Source: Felis catus
Taxonomy: Eukaryota
Assembly (NCBI RefSeq): GCF_018350175.1
Contig: NC_058369.1
Location: forward strand, 18,540,001-18,604,000
Direction of reading: 5' to 3'
DNA length: 64,000 nt
The notes under the pieces are model-generated. The model was not told the DNA's origin. It searched no databases and worked only from the letters and a program-made list of their open reading frames with translations. Both the position numbers and the translations under genes were made by a program. Below are positions 12,000 to 24,015 of the stretch, piece after piece. Every line of letters starts with the position of its first letter. Within the stretch, counting starts at the first letter, position 1.

Positions 12000-12426
12000 T
12001 GAAAGAGTGGACCTAGGCCAGTCAACTCCATTTTGTTCTGTGTCCTCCATCTTGAGTGACTATGTCTCTGACATGGCCCCCTTTCCGGGGAAAACCGCAG
12101 AAAGAAATTCCCGCTCAAACCTCAGACCACGCCTCCTCCCCTTGAGTAACTTCCCTCTCACCCGCTCAAATCACGCCCAGCAACCTGCGCAAGGGGACTC
12201 TGATCCTTCCCCAGCCAATTGGCTAAGGCCACGACCATTACTCTACCAACTGCCCCTAGATCCCTATAAAACCTTTGCGCTTTTGAAACTCGCTCTGTCT
12301 CCAGCATCTCACCACTGCGTCGGTGCAGGTAGGGGATTGAGCTCCAGCTAGCTCCAATAGTCTCTGCTTTTGCATCGGACTCTGCTCCCTGGTGGTCTTT
12401 GGGGATCTCGAATTCTGGGCATAACA
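12000..12426 (+). mobile_element. Relatively young gammaretrovirus-like (ERV1) solo LTR
   Basis: TGAAAGA...ATAACA ends, CCAAT (~12215), TATAAAA (~12265), many CpGs retained; no clean TSD seen. Confidence 0.75.
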
Positions 12427-12539
12427 CTTTGTGCGACAACTCCACCTAGTGTAGTTTCTATCTATGACTCACCAAGGAATGAACTCATGTTAGTTCAGTT
12501 ACAAGAGCAGACAGCAGACAGTAGGCCTGTGTGGCCCCT

Positions 12540-13870
12540 CACTGAAGATAATTCTCATCTCATATCTCTCATCTCCACTCCAGCCCCTCCAATCCATTAC
12601 CCACACTGTAGCAAGACATGTTTTCAATGTGAAATCTTCATGGAATCCCTCTGCCTCAAGGTCAAATCCAAAAGCTCTTGATAAATCCATGAGTCCAAGA
12701 CATAAATGGCCCTTGCCCATCAGTCTATTCAAAACTTGCACCCTAGGAGCACCTGGCTAGCTCAGTCAGAAGCCCACGTGACTCTTGATCTTGGGGTTGT
12801 AAATTTGAGCCCCACGTTGGGTGTGTAGAGATTACTCAAACAAAACAAAACGGGGCACTGGGTGGCTCAGTCAGTTAAGCATCTGACTTCCACTCAGGTC
12901 ATGATTTCGTGGTTCGTGGCTTCAAGCCCCACATCGGGCTCTGTGCTGCCAGCTTGGGGCTTGGAGCCTATTTAGGATTCTGTGTCTCCCCCTGTCTCTG
13001 CCCCTCCGCTGCTTATGCTCTCTCTCTCTCTAAAAATAAATAAACATAAAAAATGAAACAAAACTTAAAAAAGAAATCCTGTCCCCTTCCCCAACCCTTC
13101 ATTCCAGTTTCTGTCACATGTTGTCCTTTCTCTCCTGCCAGCCTGCTCACAGAACACTCTTTAGATCACTCCTACCCTACCACCGACCACCTATCTACCC
13201 TTAAGTTCTTGGTATAGACTTTGATTTTTCAAGGAGTACTTTTTTTTTTAATTAAAAGTTTTTTTAATGTTTATTTATTTTTGAGAGAGACAGAGGATGA
13301 GTGGGAGAGGGGCAGAGAGAGAGGGAGACATAGAATCTGAAGCAGGCTCCAGGCTCTGAGCTGTCAGCACAGAGCCTGACTCAGGGCCCGAACTCATGAA
13401 CTGCAAGATCATGACCTGAGCCAAAGTTGAGCGCTTAACCAACTGAGCCACCCAGGGACCCCTTTAAGGTTTTTATTTTTTAACTTTTTTATTTTTGAGA
13501 GGGCAAGAGCGTGGGGGAGGGGTGTAGAGAGAAAGGGGGACAGAGGATCTGAAGAGGGCTCCACCTTGCCAGCAGGAAGCCTGATGCAGGGCTCCAACTC
13601 ACAAACCATGAGATCATGACCTGAGCCAAAGTCAGACGCTCCACTGACTGAGTTACCCAGGAACCCCAGGGAGTACTTTTTTAATCTCCTGGACTAAGTT
13701 AGATCACTGTACACTGTCAGAGACCCTCCACATTTTATTGTAATCATTCCCCAAAACCTGTCTCCTTCACTGGGCTACAGTGGGGTAGGAGAGCAGGAAT
13801 TAGTCTGTCAGCTTGTATCTCACATCTCTTAGCATCATGCTGGGCAAAGTTGGTGCTCAATAAATACATA
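12540..13870 (+). mobile_element. LINE-2 relic interrupted by several SINECs
   Basis: aaatccaaaagctctt; 3' end ttagcatcatgctgggca..ggtgctcaataaatac. Confidence 0.6.
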
Positions 13871-13904
13871 CCAAAGGAACAAATTATTGTTAGATTTTAG
13901 GAAC

Positions 13905-14755
13905 TCATACTTCCAGCTAAGATGGAGTAACTGGGAAAAGATTTACACTCCCACATGACCCAACCAAAGAACCAGACAAAATATATGAAATAATCATTTT
14001 CAGATGTTGTCCATCAGGCAACACAGGACAGTGATTCCTGAAAGAGGAGATACAAACAATATAAGCTCAATGATTGTCCAGTTTGCTGTCTGAAGAGAGT
14101 TTCCAAATATAATGAGGAGGAACTCAGATAGAGTCTGTCAGACTCCCTGAGTTGAAGAGACAAAACTGGGAGTTTGGGGAGACAAAGATGCCTAGAAGCT
14201 AGACAGGACAAAAGTGCTCAGAGAGATAACTCCGGAAATCTCTAGGGGGCTCCCCTTGAGGCTTCAGCTTAGTAATAATCAGTACATACATGTCAGCAGA
14301 CTGTCCAAAGCCAAAGAAAGAACTACCCCAAAGAATTAAAAGGTGACAGCACCAAATCTTACTCAGAGCCAGAAGCAGTTTGTGTTCCCATCAGCCATTA
14401 GTAAAAAACCCAAACAAACAAAAACAAAAAGCAAATGAGACAGGCAAACTATTAAGGGCCCCCTAAAAAAAGCCATTTATTTCCCTTTGCTCTGACTTAT
14501 ATTCTTGCTGGGACCTGCACCCTCACCGCACTCTACACATGTCTTGTAATGCAAAAAGCATATGTCCTCCTCCTCGTGCACACTCTCTCCATCTCTCTCT
14601 CTCTTAAAAAAACAAAACAAAACCGGGGGGGGGGGGGCGTACCTGGGTGGCTCAGTCAGTCAAACATCTGACTCTTGATTTTGGCTCAGGTCATGATCTT
14701 ATGGTTCATGAGTTCGAGCCCTGCATCCAGGCTGACAGTGCAGGGCTTACTTTGG

Positions 14756-14836
<81 letters not shown>

Positions 14837-15810
14837 GCCTCTCTTTCTCTCTCTGTCTCTCTCTCAAAATAAGTAAATAAACTTAAAAAAAAACAAAACA
14901 TCTGTACTAGACTAAAATCTGTTCAAACTCCAGCTAACAAAGCTTAAAATCAAGCCTCAAAGTTATCAAAATGACTAAATGTATCCCAGAACAAAGGTCA
15001 CAAATATTTATAGGAATATAATAGTATCAGTACCTAAAAAGGTAAAACTTGCAATGTCTGGCATTCAATTAAAAATTACCAATCATGGGGCACCTAGGTG
15101 GTTCAGTCAGTTAAGTGTCCAACTTTAGTTCAGGTCACAATCTCATGGTTCCTGAGTTGGTGAGTTTGAGCCCTGCAGTGGGCTCTCTGATATCAGCATG
15201 GAGACTGCCTCGGATCCTCTGTCCCCTTCTCACTCTCCGCTCTTCCCCTGCTGGTTCTCTCTCTCTCAAATAAATAAAAGTAAAAAAAAAAAAATAAAAA
15301 AGTATAAATTACCTATCATGTAAAGCAGGAAAACAAAAAGACCTATAATAAAGAGAAAAATCAAACAAGAGAAACAGATCCAGAAATAACAGATGCTAGA
15401 ATTAGTAGACAAGGACATTAAAACTTGAACATAATAGATATGTGGAATTGATGCTTTTTGCAAGACTGAAATCATAGCAGGTTGAGAAACTGATGCTCAA
15501 TCCCATTTCACTGGTATCAAAAAATATTTCAACTCTTATACTCTCACAGGTAGAATGAATTGTATTTTGGCCACATATGGAGGCATTTCTTTGATGATCT
15601 TACACTTCAAGTTAAGGTCTAAAAAACACCTTCTATGAAAAGCAACATAAATGGATATTAAACTGTATCTCATCTGTTAAGTTCCCATGCCTGGGGAAGC
15701 TAATATCAATTTATCATGTGATACTCAATTTGTGTAATTTTGTGAACCTGGAAAAAAATGTAAATATAAAACTTATAATATTCCCTGTGTTCAGGAAAGT
15801 AGAATATAAC
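13905..15810 (+). mobile_element. Old L1M 5'/ORF1-region relic hosting SINEs and the ATP5MK retrocopy
   Basis: acttccagctaagatggagtaac, ccagacaaaatatatgaaa, gaattagtagacaaggacattaaa. Confidence 0.65.
15430..15760 (+). pseudogene. ATP5MK: Processed pseudogene of ATP5MK (USMG5/DAPIT, ATP synthase membrane subunit k)
   Basis: 15474-15650 reads IAG*ETDAQSHFTGIKKYFNSYTLTGRMNCILATYGGISLMILHFKLRSKK..*KAT*; start ATG mutated to ATA, stops at 15483 and 15636; intronless, 3'UTR and A-tail remnant present. Confidence 0.92.
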
Positions 15811-16169
15811 ACTGGGTATAAACTACACTGTAATTAGAACTTTAAAAATAATATAAAAATTTAAAGTTAAAAACAAGAAATGTTGACAATGTTTATTGGT
15901 TTTTAAATATTTTAAGTAATTTCTACACCCAACATGGGGCTTGAACTCACAGCCCCCAGATCTAGTCCCATGTTCTACTGACTGAGCCAGCCAGGCACCT
16001 CATGGGGTTTTTTTTTTTTTTTTTTTTTTGGTTTGTTTGTTTTTGTTGTTTTTTTTTGTTGTTTTTTGAACATGTTTTATTATACACAGATGCAGAGAAA
16101 GAGAGAAGGTTCATGCAAGGGGCTCCTGGGTGACTATGAGAAGTAAGGGAGATGATTCATTTTCAGAAA

Positions 16170-16683
16170 TACCAAATAAAAGCTGTACTGTCTAATTAGC
16201 AATAGATTTACAACCTATTGGAAATATGTACAAACCTCCCCCTCAACAATGGAATCCCAAACCCTTAGACACTTCACTTCCTGGTTCTTCTTCCCCTCCA
16301 TTTCATAGGCTTATGTTCATGGGCTTTGCAATGAGCATGCACTAAAGAACAGAGAGACAGAGACTGAAGGTCTCTGGGTCACCTCAGGGAATGTACATTT
16401 GTTCCAATCAGACTACTTTTTGCCTTATGTGGGCATAGGTGACCTCTGGGTAAGACTATTACCTCTGTAATACTCAGCCAATGAGGAACCAGAGGAGGGA
16501 CTTGCATGCTAGGAGATAAACTGTCCACTGTAATTGCCCCAAATGTGCATATCCATCAGACACCTGCTCTTGCAAGAATGTTGATTAAAGACTTGCTTCC
16601 CTGTGCTCTGTGAGCCTCTGAGTCCCTGTCCTTCCTTTGAACTTCCTTTGTCCTTCTTTTGGTCAATGGACTTATTTCTAACA
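16170..16683 (+). mobile_element. ERV1-class solo LTR relic
   Basis: Two CCAAT boxes (ccaatca, gccaatga), gataaa, ATTAAA polyA-like signal, ends ttctaaca; left edge uncertain. Confidence 0.55.
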
Positions 16684-17029
16684 GTGACTTAGTTAAGCAT
16701 CCAATTCTTGATTTTAGCTTAGGTCCAGATCTCACAGTTGGCAAGATCAGCCCCACATTGAGCTTTGTACTGACAGCATGGAGCCTGCTTAAGATTCTTT
16801 AAAAAAATAAACTCGAAAGAAAGGGAGGGGACCTGGGCAGCACAGTAGGTTACATCCGACTCTTGATTTGGCTCAGGGTCAGGATCTCATGGTTTGTGGG
16901 ACTGAGCCCTGCATTGGGCTCTGTGCTAACAGCAGGGAGCCTGCTCAGCATTCTCTCTCCCTCTCTCCCTGCCCTTCCCCTGCTCACTTTCTCTTTCTCT
17001 CTTTAAAATAAATAAATAAACTTAAAATA

Positions 17030-17486
17030 ATTGGCTCATGCAATTATGGAGGCAGAGAACTTCCCAAGATCTGCAGTTGGCAAGCTGGAAACCCAAGAGA
17101 ATCAATGTGAAGTTCTAGTTCAAGTCTGAAGGTCTAAGAACCAAGAGAGTTGATTGTATAAGTTCCTGTCCAAAAGCTAGCGTGCTTGAGACCCAAGAAG
17201 AGCTGATATTTCAGTCCTGGTCCAGGTCCAAAGGCTGGAAAATACCAATGTTTCAGCTCAAGCAATCAGGCAGGAGGAGTTTCCTCTTACTAATTTTTTT
17301 TTGTTCTTTTCAGGTTTTCAATTGTTAGGATGAGACCCACCCATATTAGGGAGAGAAATATGCTTTACTCAGTCTATTCAAATGTTAACCTCACCCTGAC
17401 AAACACACCCACAGCTGAATAATGTTTGGCTAAATATCTAGATACTTCATGATATAGTGTAATCGACACATAAAATTAACCATCAC
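17030..17486 (-). mobile_element. MLT2 (ERVL) LTR
   Basis: ttggctcatgcaattatggaggc...caagctggaaacccaagaga...gacacataaaattaaccatcaca is the MLT2 signature. Confidence 0.85.
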
Positions 17487-17497
17487 AGAGTATGTTT

Positions 17498-17731
17498 GGG
17501 GCGCCTGGGTGGCGCAGTCGGTTAAGCGTCCGACTTCAGCCAGGTCACGATCTCACGGTCCGTGAGTTCAAGCCCCACGTCAGACTCTGGGCTGATGGCT
17601 CAGAGCCTGGAGCCTGTTTCCGATTCTGTGTCTCCCTCTCTCTCTGCCCCTCCCCCGTTCATGCTCTGTCTCTCTCTGTCCCAAAAATAAATAAACGTTG
17701 AAAAAAAACACAAAATTAAAAAAAAAAAAAA
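17498..17731 (+). mobile_element. Young felid SINEC_Fc
   Basis: Near-consensus sequence with A tail. Confidence 0.92.
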
Positions 17732-17732
17732 G

Positions 17733-18435
17733 AAAGTGAAGTATTGAGTTTCTAGCTATTACTGTAGAGCTATCTATTTCCCCTCTCAATTCTGTCAATT
17801 TTTGTTTCATGTATTTTGGGGCCCTGTTGGATGCATGTATGTTTATAATTATTGTATGTTCTTTCTGTATTGTACCTTTTATCAATATATTTCTTTCTTT
17901 GGGGAACCTAGCTGGTTCAGTGAGAAGAGTGTAGGACTCTTTTTTTTTTTTATTTTTTAATATTTATTTATTTTTGCGAGAGAGAGACAGAGCATGAGCA
18001 GGGGAGGGGCAGAGAGAGAGAGGGAGACACAGAATCTGAAGCAGGCTCCAAGCTCCAAGCTATTAGCACAGAGCCCCATGTGGGGCTTGAACTCATGAAC
18101 TGTGAGATCATGACCTGAGTCAAAGTCGGATGCTCAACTGACTGAGCCAACCAAGTGCCCCAGAAGAGTATAGGACTCTCGATCTTGGGGTCATGAGTTT
18201 GAACCCTATGTTGGGTGCAGAGATTACTTAAATAAGTTTAAAATATATATATATACATATATACACACACACATATATACACACACAAATATATGTATAG
18301 GTACATATATATATACACACACTTTGTCTCTTGTAACTTGTTTTGACTTAAGTCTATTTTGTCTTACAATAATATAGCCACCCAGCTTTTGGTTACTGTT
18401 TACATGGAGTATATTTTTCCATCCTTTTACTTTCT
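17733..18435 (-). mobile_element. Old L1 ORF2 endonuclease-domain relic with nested SINEs
   Basis: Degenerate translations IKGTIQKE..IINIHASNRAPKYMKQKLTELRGEIDSSTVI and KVKGWKNILHVNSNQK. Confidence 0.85.
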
Positions 18436-18668
18436 TTTTTAAAAAATATTTATTTATTTTTTTATTTTGAGAAAGAGAACGAGCAGGGGAGGTGCAGAGA
18501 TAGGGAGCGAGAGAGCATCCCAAACAGGCTCCACGCAGTCAACACAGAGCCCTATGCGGGGCTCCAACCCACAAGTGGGAGATCATGACCTGAGCCAAAA
18601 CCAAGAGTGTATGCTTAACCAACTGAGCCACCCAGGCGCCCCTGGCAATCCTTAGACATAGGACAGCA

Positions 18669-18682
18669 GCGCCACCTACTGG
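18669..18682 (-). promoter_or_regulatory. Candidate CTCF site
   Basis: Minus strand CCAGTAGGTGGCGC matches the CTCF core consensus. Confidence 0.6.
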
Positions 18683-19081
18683 GGAAATGGAGAGTCACCC
18701 CATTAGAATCAGGCTTCTGTACTCAAGGCTGGTGTGGGTGGCATAGGCTGGAGGTGGGCTCTGGATGTCCAGAATGGTATTCTTCACCTGAGCTTTGGAC
18801 CGTCAACTTGCCAAAGGTCTTTTCCAGACATTATGTCTTAGCATTACCAAGGTAACTATTGTATTAAGAATCTCATCAATAATCAGAAACAAGGAGACTA
18901 TGACAGTTTTCTCATTGCATGGTCCACACCTGAACTCTGGAAATAGCTGCCTGAAAGAGTCTCTTACAAGCCAACTCTCTGCCCCGTCCTTCTAAACTTC
19001 TGTTTGATTTAGGCCTTTTGAGAACCTGCTGAAAGCCAACCTCCTCCAAGATTGTGCCGTGTATATGTGTGCACCTGCATG

Positions 19082-19126
<45 letters not shown>

Positions 19127-19429
19127 CTACTTTCTCTTTCTCACATACACAAGTTGCTTTTGCTTGTAATGTTTGGGGATCCAGAAAGAGTAAGTAGGTA
19201 TAAACTTGTATTGAATGAATGGCATCTCAGTCCAATGGCATAGTGGGTCTCCAATAGCAATCAAGTTTCTGATCCAGGTGGGGAATGTTCCTGGCAACAC
19301 TGAATGAACAAAGCAGGATAAGAATGGTAACAATAGGGCACCTGGGTGGCTCAGTTGGTTGAGATTTGTGGTCTCTTTCTCTCTCAAAATAAATAAATAC
19401 ATTTTTAAAAGTTAAAAAAAAAGAATACT

Positions 19430-19635
19430 AACAGTGATAACCACTAGCACTTATCTAGCATTTACTATGTGCCAGACACTGTTCTCTTGATGCTTGTATT
19501 CTTCACTCAATCCACTTCTCTTCAAGGTAGAAGTCATTACTCTCGTATTACAGGTAAGAAAGCTGAGTGGGAAGGTGAATGACTTGCCCAAGGCCACACA
19601 GCAAGTGAGTCACCATACCAGGGTTCAATTCTGGC
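19430..19635 (-). mobile_element. MIR
   Basis: tttactatgtgccagacactgttct...ttacaggtaagaaagctgag...gacttgcccaaggccacacagc. Confidence 0.85.
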
Positions 19636-21994
19636 AGAAGGATACCACATTGTGTATACAATCTGGTCTCAACCTTATGATTTTTTTTATTTAATGAATC
19701 TTTAAAATAGACATACCACAGTGAACAAAGGCTCTGTTCTCATGGAGTTTTTATTCTAGTAGAGGAGATAAGACAAATCAATTAGTTTACATATAATGTC
19801 TAGTAGTGGTAAGTACTCTGAACAAAATGGCAAGAAACACATCCAGCATACTCTCTCCAGGATTCAGCCAGGGCACTTTATTAAAGGTCTCCCAGATCCT
19901 AGGGCAGACAGAAGTTGTTTCCCTCCCTTCCTGCCTACTATGCATCCAAAGTTGCTGGTTGACAGCAGGAGGTAACAAGAAATGATTAACAAGGGCAGGC
20001 TCTGCTTAGAGGTGGCTACACTGGGCAGCTTACCAAAAAGCTCCAAATTATTGGAAGAAGGATTTAGTTTCAAGATGAACCAATTGGGAGGGCTATGCTG
20101 GGTGGGCAGTCAAAGGTTGGGAGGGCATGAGACTCGGGCAGGACCCAGAACTATGGGCATGATTTGGACTTATGCTACACTTAGCCCAAGGCCTGATATG
20201 TAGCAAGTGCTAAGTAAATGTGTCAAATGACTGTTAGAACCAATAAATGAAAAGAAAAACAGAAGGTGTGTTGATAAGTGTATGTGTGACTGAGAGGCCT
20301 CAAAAGCTCCCAGAGGCCCATGTATTGACTGCCAGACTCATCTGGGTGGGAGGAAGGTAGGCTGATAATAGATACTGTTGGGAAGCTGAGGAAGCCTAGT
20401 GTGAGTGGGACAGCCCAGCTCTGGTGAGTGCAGGTCTAGATTCTCAGCTGGGTTTAAAGATGTTCTTTCTTTTATAGTCTCCAGTAGGATGACTTGAAAT
20501 AGCTCCAAGGAGATGGCAGAGCAGATGGGCCCCTAGAAGCTCCCCTAGTCCAACTTCTCAGGCTCTAGAGGGCAGTGCAAGTCAAGATGGCCTGGAGATG
20601 ACCCATGACTCACAGCCAGCAGAGGCAGAAACAGACTGGAATTTCACTGACCTTAATTAAGCACACTCCAGAAGCTCCAAGCCTGATTAGGATCGATCAA
20701 TCGATCTATCTATCTATCTATCTATCTATCATCTATCTATATTTTTGAAGAGAGAGAATGTGTTAGTAGATGAGAGGGGCAGAGGCAGAGAGAAAATCCC
20801 AAGCAGGCTCCTTGTCCAGTGTGAAGCCCCACACTGGGCTAGATCTCGTGACCTTGGGATCATGACCTGAGCCTAAATCAAGAGTTGGATATTCAACCAA
20901 CAGAGCCACCCAGGCATCCCAGAATCCTTTTAAATTATAGGCAAGATTGTGTGTGTGTAGGGAGTGATTGTCTGGGAAAAGTGTTAATAGCCTTTTCAGA
21001 TTATGAAATTAAGGAAGGTTGGGGACCTTTGCCACAGGCTCTGTCCCATACAAGACCCAAGCTGCCTCCCCAAACGTTGACATGCAGCCCCACCTCCTCC
21101 CTTGGGGCCTGCCGTTGAGTACTCAGTCACCCCATCCAGGACTCTCTCTGTGTCCAATCAGAGGGATGGCAAGATACAAGACTTTTTCCTGTCCTTAGGG
21201 GTTGCTGGGCACAGCTGGGAGCTTGGAGCAGCTTCCTGCAGCTGCTGGGGACAGGAAGCCAAGGAATGTGTATGCTTCTCTGGCTTTCCTGGGACCCAAC
21301 TGTCCTGCCACTGAAGTCACTGGTCTCTACCAGGCCCCACTTCAGGCCTCACTGTGGGTACATTTTATCCCATTATGAAAGGAATCTGGGACAGATGACT
21401 CCAGTGTTGGGCAATGCAGGTCCAGCAGGAGGCTGCCCAGCTGCCTATCTTGTTAGTTCCCCTATCTCCTTCCCTGAGCTCCCCCTACTTGACCCCCATT
21501 CCAGAGCATTCTGCTCAGAGCCAGGCAAGTTCCAGCAAAGTCTAGGATGCCTGGTCAGGGCCTGCTTGGGCAGTCACCTTTGCCCCATTCTTGTCCATCT
21601 GGCCAGGCCTAGACAGGCTCTGCCACTGTTGAACCCCTCCCAGGAATTTACCAAGCCAGCAGGAAACTCAGCTGCTCCCTTCCCCAAAGAGTCAGCTGCA
21701 GTGACCCCTGCTCCAGGTGGCCTTCTCAGACCCGGCAGGTTGCTTGACTCCCCTCCACGCACCTTGTTTCCTGCATGCAGCTTTCCCCACTAAGGAGTGG
21801 GAATACACACTTCTTAGTTGTCCCGCCTGTGACTTCTAACTTTTCTGCCTTTGGTCTTCTATTGCATTTCTGGGGACAGAGTAGATGCTCAGTAAAGGGC
21901 TTTGTGAGTTGACTTGGTTACTTCCCTGCCCTCCACCCAGGTCCTTACCCTTTTACAATCAAGGACTCAAGTGAGTTTAAATGCCAGAGCTGCA

Positions 21995-22194
21995 GGGGCA
22001 CCTGGGTGGCGCAGTCGGTTAAGCGTCCGACTTCAGCCAGGTCACGATCTCGCGGTCCGTGAGTTCGAGCCCCGCGTCAGGCTCTGGGCTGATGGCTCGG
22101 AGCCTGGAGCCTGTTTCCAATTCTGTGTCTCCCTCTCTCTCTGCCCCTCCCCCGTTCATGCTCTGTCTCTCTCTGTCCCAAAAATAAATAAACG

Positions 22195-22223
<29 letters not shown>
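21995..22223 (+). mobile_element. Very young SINEC_Fc with perfect 16-bp TSD
   Basis: aaatgccagagctgca at 21979-21994 and 22224-22239; (TAAA)n tail. Confidence 0.95.
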
Positions 22224-22225
<2 letters not shown>

Positions 22226-22684
22226 ATGCCAGAGCTGCATAACCCGATAATCCTGCAGAAATTTATAATCGGGCTACCCTGAGAATACCTCTGTCCAATC
22301 ACTGTGCCCCCAGGCCCTTTCACTGCTCTTTGAAATGGGCTAGCTGATCCGGAGGCCTTTGCCTTTTCTTCCAACCTCTTCACCACCCCCACTCCCCTTA
22401 CTCTCATAGCTCAACAGTGTCAAGACCCCACCAAGGTGAGGCCAAGGGGCCACTGGCCATGTGCACTAGGGAGGAAGACAGGGGCCTGGCCATGTTTCTC
22501 CCAAATCTGTAGGCCCATCTCCTGAGTCCAAGGCCTCTGGGTCCTGGGCTCCAGAGGTAAATGGGTCCAGCTAGTTGAAGTTTGGATACAGCTGTATCCA
22601 TTTGTTCACTCATTCGGCAAACATCAGTGGAGTCCTCATCCCTGGGCCAGGCACAGTGAAGGCTATAAAGGTGAACACAGATCC

Positions 22685-22860
22685 ATAGCTTGGGCACTTA
22701 CTGTGTAACCTCTGGTAAGTGACTTAAATCTTGGGCCTCAGTTTCCTCATTTGCAACCTGGGGCCAAAAACTGCCATGGACGGTTATTAGGAGGTACAGA
22801 GAGATTTTGTGTGTCCAAGGGTGCAGGACGGAGCTCAATGATGGTAGATGTTATTATCAA
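22685..22860 (+). mobile_element. MIR
   Basis: ctgtgtaacctctggtaagtgacttaa...gggcctcagtttcctcatttgcaa. Confidence 0.75.
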
Positions 22861-23324
22861 AGTCCATCTTAACCCTCTAGGAGCTTGGGGTCTCATAGAG
22901 ACAACGAGAAGTCGGATGCTGGGAAGCCTTGTGGGTGTTGTTCTTGAGTAGGATAAGCAGGACTTGGGTAGGTGGAGGAGGAGGGGCCCTCACAGGTGGT
23001 ACTCTGCAGGGAGTTGAGGAAAGGGGATGAGGCAGGTCCCTATTGCCCAGGGTGGTATAGAGTGGGGCTTAAATTTATTCTGCAGGTAGCTGGGAATCCT
23101 GAAGTTATACTGGCTCTGGATTTTGGACTCCAAAATGCCAATTGGATTCTCTGGGAGGTCTCTGCAGAAAGCTCCAGGAGGCCTCATTTTTAATCAAATG
23201 TCCATTCATTCCAATTTTATTAGGTACATTCTAAGTGCCCGGCCGTGTCTCAAATGATAGAAGTTCCCATGATGGAGGGAGGGAGTAGACAGACACAGAT
23301 TGTGCAGTCTGTGCTAGGGATAAA

Positions 23325-24015
23325 CTTTATTTTTTTTAAATTTTATTCTTTTAAGTAGGCTTCATGCCCAATGTGGGGCCCAACGTGGGGCCCAACGCAG
23401 GGCCCAAACTCATGACCCTGAGATCAAGACCAGTGCTCACACATGCTCGCTCTCTGTAAAATTAAGATAAAGAGGGGCGCCTGGGTGGCTCAGTCGGTTG
23501 AGCATCCGACTTCAGCTCAGGTCATGATCTCAAGTCTGTGAGTTCGAGCCCTGCGTCGGGCTCTGTGCTGACAGCTCAGAGCCTAGAGCCTGTTTCAGAT
23601 TCTGTGTCTCCCCCTCTCTGCCCCTTCCCCGCCATGCTCTGTCTCTCTCTGTCTCTCAAATATGAATAAACGTTAAAAAAAAATTAAAAAAAAAGATAAA
23701 GAAATAAAAGAGTGACTAAAAAAAAAAAAAAAGACCTAAGTTGAGATCAGGAGTTGGATGCTTTTAGAAGTTTATTTATTTTTATTTTTGAGAGAGACAC
23801 AGAGAGAGAGAGCACCAGAAGGGAGAGAGAGAGAGGGAGACAGAGAATGGCAAGTAGGCTCTGCGCTGTCATCAAGAGCCCTATGTGGGCTTGAATTCGT
23901 GAGTTGTGAGATCATGACCTGAGCTGAAACCAAGAGTCGGATGCCTATCTGACAGAGCCCCTCAGGAGCCCAGGAATTGGATGTTTAATGGACTGAGCCA
24001 CCCAGGCACCCCTGC
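23325..24015. mobile_element. Nested SINEC cluster within an L2 relic
   Basis: Several SINEC heads and tails on both strands; gctag(g/t)gataaacttta duplicated at both ends. Confidence 0.8.

Larger units (their letters stand above)
9780..12501 (+). mobile_element. Old ERV LTR fragmented by nested SINEs and two younger LTRs
   Basis: Pieces at ~9780-10120, 10254-10287, 11893-11999 and 12427-12501 rejoin across TSDs; contains aataaa and ends gttcagttaca; left edge uncertain. Confidence 0.6.

Noticed and set aside
14455..14610. Short non-SINE segment ending in (CT)n and A-run, possibly a retroposed RNA
   Set aside because: Could not be assigned to any RNA or gene and may be part of the surrounding L1/SINE; needs BLAST
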